64,000 bases of DNA from the NCBI RefSeq assembly GCF_009914755.1, contig NC_060931.1; one strand, written 5' to 3'. The translations under genes were made by a program, and so were the position numbers. This DNA is from the human T2T-CHM13v2.0 reference genome, Homo sapiens. How positions within the stretch are numbered: position 1 is the first letter of the stretch; each line of letters begins with the position of its first letter. The notes under the pieces were generated by a model. That model made no database searches and had not been told where the DNA came from. It saw only the letters and a list, made by a program, of their open reading frames with translations. Positions 55,401-64,000 of this stretch are shown piece after piece.

Positions 55401-55633
55401 GGATGTGAGGGCAATCTGGTTGTGACATATGTCACCCCTTGATCCCCAGGGTTTATTTGGCGATCTGGCTGACTAGGCGGGTGTCCCCTTCCTCCCTCAC
55501 CACTCCACGTACATCCCTCCCAAAGCTGCACACTCCGTTGAAGAGGACGACCATCCCCAACAGAGGAGGGCCAGTCTTCGGTCAAGGGTATATGAATAGC
55601 TGCAATCCCCTGCTACAACCTCCAAACAAGCTC
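55401..55633 (+). pseudogene. RN7SKP: 7SK snRNA retropseudogene, 3'-truncated (~nt 1-235), tailless
   Basis: Starts exactly at the 7SK 5' end ggatgtgagggc. Contains ctaggcgggtgtccccttcctccctcacc, gaagaggacgaccatcccc, tcttcggtcaagggtata and aacctccaaacaagctc. TSD ccaaaaggacaccca / ccagaaggacatctg. The specific RN7SKP number cannot be determined from the sequence. Confidence 0.95.
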
Positions 55634-56029
55634 CCAGAAGGACATCTGGCAAATAAAGAAACATGCACACAACTAATTATCAGAGAAACACGAGCTGAAA
55701 CATTGTGATATCACTTCACACACTTTTGATTGGCAAAAGTTAGTGATTTGGAGCTGCCGAGGGCTGAGAGGCTTGTGGGCAGCACAGGTGGAAGCATGGC
55801 TGGAGTGGCCATTCTGAAGTATGCTTTGACACTGCTTGGTCAGGTAGACCTGCACATACCCTGTGACCTGGCAGAAACACTCCTGGGGATGCACCTGTGG
55901 CCAGCGGGACGGCGGGTCCCATTCCACCTTCGCTGTCGTAGATTACACACCCACACCCTTTCCCCTGTGGCTCTGATGCTCCTCACAGCATGGGTGGAGC
56001 ACACTTCCCCACCCCATTGAGTTGGAACT

Positions 56030-56855
56030 GTCCAGGTGACTTGCTGGGGCTGGTGGACTCTTAACAGGACAAGACAGAGGTCTCAAGTGTGCTATGTGTT
56101 TCGTCTTCATCTCTTGCGCTGCAGCCATTCATAAGAACATGCCCTGGGTAGCTCCTGGTCCAAGGAGAGTGAAGAGAGATGGGAGCAGACCTTAACCCAG
56201 CCCACTCTACCCCCAACCAAGCCCAGCAGGTCACCTGGGTGTGTCTGTGAGTGTGCTGCCAGAGGAGACTGACATTTGAGTGGGTGGACTGGGAGAGGAG
56301 GATCCACCTTCAATGTGGTGGGCACCATCCAATCGGCTGCCAGCGCAGCCGGAACAAAGCAGGCGGAAGAAGGTGGAATCACCTTACTTGCTGGGTCTTC
56401 AGGCTTCCTTCTTTTTCCCCTGCCAGATGCTTCCTTCAGCTCCTCCTGCCCTTGGACATCAGACTCCAGCTTCTTTGGCCTTTGGACTCAGAGACCTGTA
56501 CCAGTGGCTTGCTGAGGACTCTTTCAGGCAGCCTTCAGCCACAGACTGAAGGCTACACTGTCAGCTTTCCTGGTTTTGAGGCTTTTGGACTAGGACTGAG
56601 CCACTACCAGTTTCTCTCTTCCCCAGCTTGCAGACGGCCTATTGTGGGACTTCACCTTTTGATCCCGTGGGCCAATTTTCCCTAATAAACTCCTTTTCAT
56701 ATAGACATGTATCTTACATTTCTGTCCCTCTGGAGAACCCTGACTTATACTCCGGCCAACCACAGATCAGTGAGAAAGAGAAGAAAATGCTTGTTGCTGT
56801 AAGTGCCTCAACTTAGGGTGGCCTGTTACACAGGGCTTCTGCAGCAGTAGCTGAC
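56030..56855 (+). mobile_element. MLT1 (H/I-like) LTR interrupted by MLT2B
   Basis: agaacatgccctgggtagc...gagcagacct, the insertion, then aaaatgcttgttgctgtaag...tgttacacag...agtagctgactg. Confidence 0.55.
56234..56750 (+). mobile_element. MLT2B-like ERVL LTR
   Basis: gggtgtgtctgtgag...gggcaccatccaatcggctgccagc...ccctaataaactcc...ctggagaaccctgacttatac. Confidence 0.85.
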
Positions 56856-56907
56856 TGCTGAGCGGCATGTACAAGGAGATTTACACAGCATCACTTCTGC
56901 TGACCTG

Positions 56908-57095
56908 GTACAGTGGGTTGAATGGTGGCCCCCAAAAGGAGTGCCCACCCGGAACCTGGGAATGGGACCATATCTGGAAAAAGTTCCTTGCACCATTAAG
57001 TGAAGGATCTGAAGATGAAGCCATCCTGGACCAGGTGGGCGCTGACTCCAATGGCAAGTGTCCACAGATGAGAGAAGTGGGGGAGACGCACAGAC
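56908..57095 (+). mobile_element. MLT1C-like 5' fragment
   Basis: gtgggttgaatggtggcccccaaaag...ggaacctgggaatgggacc...catcctgga. Confidence 0.65.
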
Positions 57096-57619
57096 CTGGA
57101 CTATTCTCCAAGAGAAGCAGACTTCTTTGTTCATTAATCCACTGCATTGTTGGTCCCTTTTGTAGCGTGGTTTAACTTTACTCCAACTACTACCTTTTAA
57201 AGAAAAATCCTGCTTAAATAAATGAGGAACACACAGGTCATGGAGATCTGGCTATGGAACAGTGAGTTCTAGTCTGGAGTTTGGACTCTGGCATGTCCCA
57301 TCCTGCCACCTGAATAGTTTGTCCAGGATTCCCGGGACACAGCTTCTCTGAGGGAATCAGCTCAGCCAAGGAATAAAGGCTCTCTACCCACTCTCCTGGT
57401 GAGCCCAGTGAGTCAGAGCCAAGGCCTGGGGCACCACTGCCTGTGCACTCCACCTGCCACCCTCTAAGCAGCAGTTGTCTCTGATGTGTTATGTTGTGGG
57501 GGAGTGGTGCAGATGAGAAGAGCTTCCAGAGCCTCCCCACAGTCACATCTCACACTTTCTCAGAAGTTAGTAATTCCTTGAAAGGAAGCCTCTTCCTTCG
57601 CATTGAGGATATAGAACCC

Positions 57620-58640
<1,021 letters not shown>

Positions 58641-59372
58641 AGCCCACAGCATATCAGGAAAGAGAATTCACTGGCTAAAGTTTAGCCTCAGTCCACTCAA
58701 GCCAGCTTCTTGGGTAGGTGTAATTCCTCCTCCCTTCCACACGTGAGCAGCTTCCTAGAACACCAAGCTCAGCGTGTGCTTCTCACATCGGAAACTTCAT
58801 TCCTGTTGTCTCTGCCATCTCTAGTGCTATCCTTCCCTCTCTCTCCTGTAGACTCCCAGTCCCTTCTTCCTTCACACCTCTTCCCAAACACTACCTCCTC
58901 CACAAATTCTTTCCTGAAGGATAGTCTATTGGGAAGCCTCATTGATGTGTGGGGTTTTTTTGTTTGTTTTGTTTTGTTTTGAGACTTCCACCTGCTTGGG
59001 TCCAGGCATCCTCTTGGCAGAAGCAGCTACATTTAACTGAACAGAAAGATTCATTTGGCACCTACAAAAGGCACCAGGCCCTATTAAATCAGTCAGAGTG
59101 CATGGGATTGTCACAGTGGTTCCATTTCATTGTCACTTCTATGGAAAGATCTGCTTAAATAATATTCTATTGTTTGAAGTAAAGTCAAGCACTCCCTTCC
59201 CATCTGTCTCCTGAAAAGCTGCACCATCACACTAATGGGAAGAATAACTGTAACTTGACCCTTTCCAATGGGACTCTCACCCCACTGAATGCTGAAAAAC
59301 CTTGGACATTCCAGTTCAGGGCCTGGCCCCTCAACCTTCCTTGCCAGTTATATCTGGTTGTAGCTCAGCCTC

Positions 59373-59993
59373 TGTAAAGGAGTTTAGGAAAACTGCACAA
59401 ACTCAGAGGATATCAGCCCCACAAGAATGCCTTCACTTCAGACACCAGCCATAAGTTCAGGGATCCCATGACCACCCTCAACCTTGAACACTTGCTAGAA
59501 TGACCTACAGAACTCAAGAGAACGCTGTTCTTAACTATGACAGTTTTATTGTAGTGAAAGGATAATAAATTAGAACTAGGCAAAGCCAGAGATGCACAGA
59601 GCAGAATCTGGAAGGGGTTGAACATGAAGCTTCTGGTCATCCTTTCTCCATGGAGCTCTAGATGTTGTCACCTCTTCCCAGTAAACATGGAATGCTGTCT
59701 GCCAGGGAAGCTGCCCTGAGCCTCTATGTCCAGAGTTTTTATTGGGGCTCCAGCATCTACTGTCCATATGGACAGACCTACTGCTGTCTCCATTTCCTCC
59801 AGGGGTCAGAACTGAATTGTCATGTCCCAGAGCCCTCATCATAAGTCACAGCTACACTGTCCAGTAGCCAAAGCCCCCAGGCAAACAAGACACTTCTCTC
59901 CAGGAAGACATTTCAGTGACCTGGGGGTCACCTCCCAGTGGCTGAGGGCAAAGGCCAGGCCTCTCTTTAGCCAAGGTTAATTCTTCATTACAC
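59373..59993 (-). mobile_element. MER21-family LTR (copy 3)
   Basis: cttcacttcagacaccagcc...cagaactcaag...gagggcaaaggccaggcctctctttagccaaggttaattcttcattacaca. Confidence 0.75.
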
Positions 59994-61644
59994 AGTTTTT
60001 ATTTCTCCATTAGAAGAATTATAAAATATTTTATTTTCTTTCTGCTTTTAAAATTTTTCTATAATGAATTTTTTACTTACATAATTCTTGTTAAGATGAT
60101 TGTGAGGTGGGGCTCACAAGCAGGAGAAACTTCTTTTCAGTGTAGCCATTGATTTAACATTTCTGAAGATTATCACCTCTTTCTAAAGATCTAAATTTCC
60201 ATCTGGGATCTTTTTTTTTTTCAGTTTGAAAGACTTCCTTTAATATTTTTACTAATGGCCAATTGTCTTGGTTTTCCTCATTTGAAAATGTCTTTTCTCA
60301 ACCCCAGCTGGGCCACTAAGCCACAGAATGACAAGGTTCTCCCTAGGGGAAGGGCCTCAGAGGTGAAGAGCAGAGACTCGAGCCAGCCACACAGACCCCC
60401 ACCACCGACCTCATTCACCAAGAGGAGTGCTCTGTGTACTGCTTCATGAATGGCAGCTAGTGTCCTTGACTGTCTGATTACTCCAAAACATTTACCCACT
60501 CTCAGCCTAGTCAAATTCTACTCATCTCTGAAGGCCAGTTCAAGTTCGTCCTGCATCAGGAAACCTTCTGTGACTGTCTCTTGCCACCCACTCTCCTGAT
60601 GCATGTGCAATGAGATAGAATAGATGGTGGGTTTGTCCAAATAATTTGCAAATAAGTTGTCACCTGACCTCGCAGAAGTTTCCGACACCCTGATCCCATG
60701 CATGGTCTCACTAAGAATCTACATTCAGACCAAGGCCAAGCTGGGCCAGGTCCTTCCTCCTTGTCCCCTAAGCACCTGGCCGGGCTGCAGGCAGCAGGCT
60801 GTCAACCCACAGCAGCTGACGTGGAAACTGAGCTGTGTTTTCCTCCAGCATCGTCTTCTCTCATGAAGCAGCATCTGCAGTGGCATGGGAGGCAAGCCCA
60901 GCCCCTTCACGAAACTAGAGGCCACAGAAAGAGCTGCTGCCTCTCCACGCCAATGCCAGCAGCTCTCCTTGTCTGAGGAGGGATGATCTGGCTGGAGATC
61001 CCCACGACTTTGGATGGGAGGAACTGTCCTCAGCACCGAAGAGGCACCTGTTCAGTTCAGAGCACAAAGTGGGAGGTTGCAAAAGAGCATTAGCCGTACT
61101 CGCCCAGGAGGTCTGAGTGCTGCGCTAAGTGGCCCATGGGAACCTGAGTTCCGTGGGGTTGACCATGCCTGGGGAACTGAGGCTAGGAGGGGCCCCAGTG
61201 CCACTGAAAGAAGGGGGCATCCATTTCCTGGCATCTTGGGGAGCCTGAGGGTGACCACAGGGCCAACCCCACTTCCCTGCTGTGCCCTCTGCTTTGGGGG
61301 TGCTGTGTAATCTGGGGCTGAGGAAATGTATGGGCCCAAAGGAAGGGCACCAATGTGTCCAGACCACCCCCACACAGCTGCTCAGCCCATGCGTCAGGCC
61401 AGGTGCAGAGGACGTGGCTTGGCCTCCAGAAGGTCTGATGGGACCTTTCTCTCATGTGTGCTCCCACACTGGGTGTCCCTGTTGGGGAAACCCAGGCACT
61501 CACCCCACAGCCCCCACCATGAGAGAGAGAGAGAGGGCCCTTCTCTATGTGGCGTCTGATCTGCAGGCTCCCTCCTGAAGTCTCTCCAGAGGAGAGCTCT
61601 GATGTAGGGATGTCTGCGTTGGGTCTATGTCAATCCATAGTGGA

Positions 61645-61941
61645 TTTTTTTTTTTTTTTTTGAGACGGAGTCTCACTTTGTTGCCCAGGCTGGAGTGCAG
61701 TGGCCTGATCTCAGCTGACTGCAACCTCCGCCTCCCAGGTTCAAGCGATTCTCCTGCCTAAGCCTCCCGAGCAGCTGGGATTACAGGCGAGCACCACTAC
61801 GCCCAGCTAATTTTTATATTTTTAGTAGAAATGGGGTTTCACCATGTTGGCCAGGCTGGTCTCGAACTCCTGACCTCGTGATCCACCCGCCTCAGCCTCC
61901 CAAAGTGCTGGGATTACAGGCATGAGCCACCATGCCCAGCC
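61645..61941 (-). mobile_element. AluSg-like
   Basis: Antisense Alu. TSD catagtggat (61636-61645 / 61942-61951). Confidence 0.94.
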
Positions 61942-62708
61942 CATAGTGGATATTTAGGGCAATGCTGCTGCCAGCCTCAAACGACAGGATGTGGTCAGAT
62001 GAAGTTTGTATTTGCCTTCTTAATGAACAGTCAGTTACTTAGACACTTTTCTAAGACAAAGAGAAATGTGACTTTGGGTTTATGACTCATGTCTCTGAAA
62101 AGGATAAAATGGTCATACATAAATGAAATCAATACCTGTACCCCACCTCCACACACCCTTTTTCCTCTCTAACCTCTCCCCAACCCTGAAGACATTAGAT
62201 ATTCAATTCTTGTTATTTCCAAGTTCCAATCCCAGCTGCCCTAGACAACTTTCTGATGCTGACTTGGATCTGCCTGTAGGGAGTACTGCTTTGTGGAAGG
62301 GACTTTGAGTTTTGTGGTCCCCATACAGTCAATTCCCATGTTAGCCTAAGACAGCCAATGGCATTTGGTCTTCTGTGCCCATCTTGCGTGCTTGGCTAAT
62401 GTGAGTTGTGTCTCAGAGACACAGCGACCCACCAGCCTTGACATAAATACATTTTATGCAGGCTCCAGGCCTGGCCTGACTGGGGCTGCTCCCCGAGGCA
62501 GTGAAGGGCTCCCCAAGATCTCCTCACAGGCTTTTCGCTGTCCTGACAGCACTGCACTGCAGCCTGCAGCAGGAGTCGTGTTGCCACACAAGTTGTGAAG
62601 GTGCATTCAGTGTCATTCTAATTGCCCAGCTGCAATGTGGAGAGGCTGCATTAAGGTAAAGACCCCGAATTGCATTAGGCTGCTGGGAATGGGACTTGAT
62701 CTCTAGGA

Positions 62709-62832
62709 AAGTGGTTCTCAACCTCGAACATGCGTCAGAGCCGTGGACACTGACGGCTGGGCTGCCCCAAGGTTCTGACTCAGTAATTCTGGGCTGGGGC
62801 TTGAAATTTTGCATTTCCAACAAGTCCTGCCC
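62709..62832. mobile_element. MER5A-like hAT element (partial)
   Basis: agtggttctcaacct...ttctgactcagtaattctgggctggggc...tttgcatttccaacaag. Confidence 0.7.
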
Positions 62833-63597
62833 TAACTGTTCTAGGGATAATCCAGGGTTGATATTGGATAATCCAGGGTTGATATTGCATCATCAAGGAA
62901 TTTGTTTCATTGCAAGGCCAGTAAGTATCACCAGTTTGTAAGCAGCTTACTATTTCTGTATCATCTCATATTTCAGGCATGAGAGCGGAGGCGCCTCTGC
63001 CTGGTGAGCTGAACAAAAGTGGATCCACTTCTATCTGGACAAAGGCCCACTGCCAGCTTCACCTTCAGATTTTACACATCCTCTTCCTCAACTTTAGAGT
63101 GACAACAAATGTAGTTCACACATATGAACCAGTGAGTGAACGTGTGCAATGAAAATGCGCTTACATTTAAAAATCAAATTGCAGCAGGCCTTTCTGAGCT
63201 GGGCAGACCCTGTGCTGGGTCTACGACAGCACATCCCCCTCAGACGTGGCCCGCACGCCGCACATAGCCCAGCGAGGGGCGTTCTGCAGAAACGTCAGCG
63301 AGCTCATGGCTAACGTGCTCAGAATAGACACTGCCAGCTAACTTCCAGTCACCTGGCTATGACACACTCAAGCCTGTGAGAGTGAACCGGGTTTGTAAAA
63401 ACCAGGACTAGTCAAAGCCCATTATTAAGTTTTACACTTTGCTCCCTGGCCTAAGGGAGTAGAAATCCAAGCTTGAAGGGAAAGGAGGGGTCTGATTTGG
63501 TGAACAGAGATATGAGGCTGAGGCTTCTGAGCACGTGGGTTTGGGGTAGGGGTGGGGCGTGGGGGTACTGAAGATCAAGAAGAGGCTGAGGACACTC

Positions 63598-63715
63598 AAG
63601 GGAGAAACCCGGGCTCTAGAGCCAGCCCCCGTGGGACAGGCCCTGGCTCTGTGTGATCTTGGGCAAGTCTTAGCCTTTCTGTGCCTCAGTTGCTTACTGT
63701 AGAATGCGGTAACTA
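63598..63715 (+). mobile_element. MIR fragment
   Basis: tgtgtgatcttgggcaagtc...ctgtgcctcagtt...ctgtagaatg. Confidence 0.65.
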
Positions 63716-63719
63716 CTGC

Positions 63720-64000
63720 TGTTATGGGCAGGGTTATGTCCCCCCAAATTTATAGTTGAAGCTCTAACCCCCCAGTGTCACTATACCTGGAGATGGGGAC
63801 TCTAAGGAGGTGATTAAGGTTAAATGAGGTCAGAAGGGTGGGACCCTAACCCAATAAGACTGTGGCCCTAGAAGAAGATGAGAAGCTCTCTCTGTCTGTC
63901 TCTCTGTTTCTCTCTCTGTCTCTCTTTCTCTCTCTGTGATATAAAGGTGGCCATTGGAAAACCAGGAAGAGAGGCCTCAGGAGAAACTAACCCTGTTGAT
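63720..64000 (+). mobile_element. MLT1A-like MaLR LTR (runs off the window)
   Basis: tgttatggg...cccaaatttatagttgaagctctaacccc...aggtgattaaggttaaatgaggtc. Confidence 0.8.

Larger units (their letters stand above)
54670..55930 (+). mobile_element. L1M ORF2 remnant hosting an Alu and the 7SK pseudogene
   Basis: ggattcctacctcacc...ggagaatatcttcatgatct...tttacagaagaggaaaccc...tgatatcacttcacac...gattggcaaaa. Confidence 0.6.

Noticed and set aside
63268-63283. CTCF-like cccagcgaggggcgtt
   Set aside because: Mismatches at core positions make it too weak to call.

Overview
Primate (very likely human) non-coding genomic DNA, densely filled with interspersed repeats. I count about 16 Alus, old L1/L2/MIR fragments, many MaLR/ERVL/ERV1 solo LTRs, a MER11 (HML-8) solo LTR and small hAT DNA transposons. 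There are four minisatellites and several microsatellites. No protein-coding exon is supportable: the ORF track is explained by Alu, microsatellite, minisatellite and chance GC-rich frames. The only recognisable gene-derived sequence is a tailless, 3'-truncated 7SK retropseudogene (55401-55633). The most unusual signals are: (i) two clusters of local templated insertions (32.9-33.9 kb and 57.3-60.3 kb) built from direct and inverted copies of nearby DNA, (ii) VNTRs whose units carry stacked TF motifs or splice-donor-like sequences, (iii) signs of gene conversion between neighbouring repeats, and (iv) an Alu directly upstream of the 7SK fragment with no Pol III terminator between them. Repeat subfamily names come from my recollection of consensus sequences, and all identities were counted by eye. 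Both need RepeatMasker/Dfam and alignment confirmation. I found no convincing novel protein-coding or RNA-gene system.
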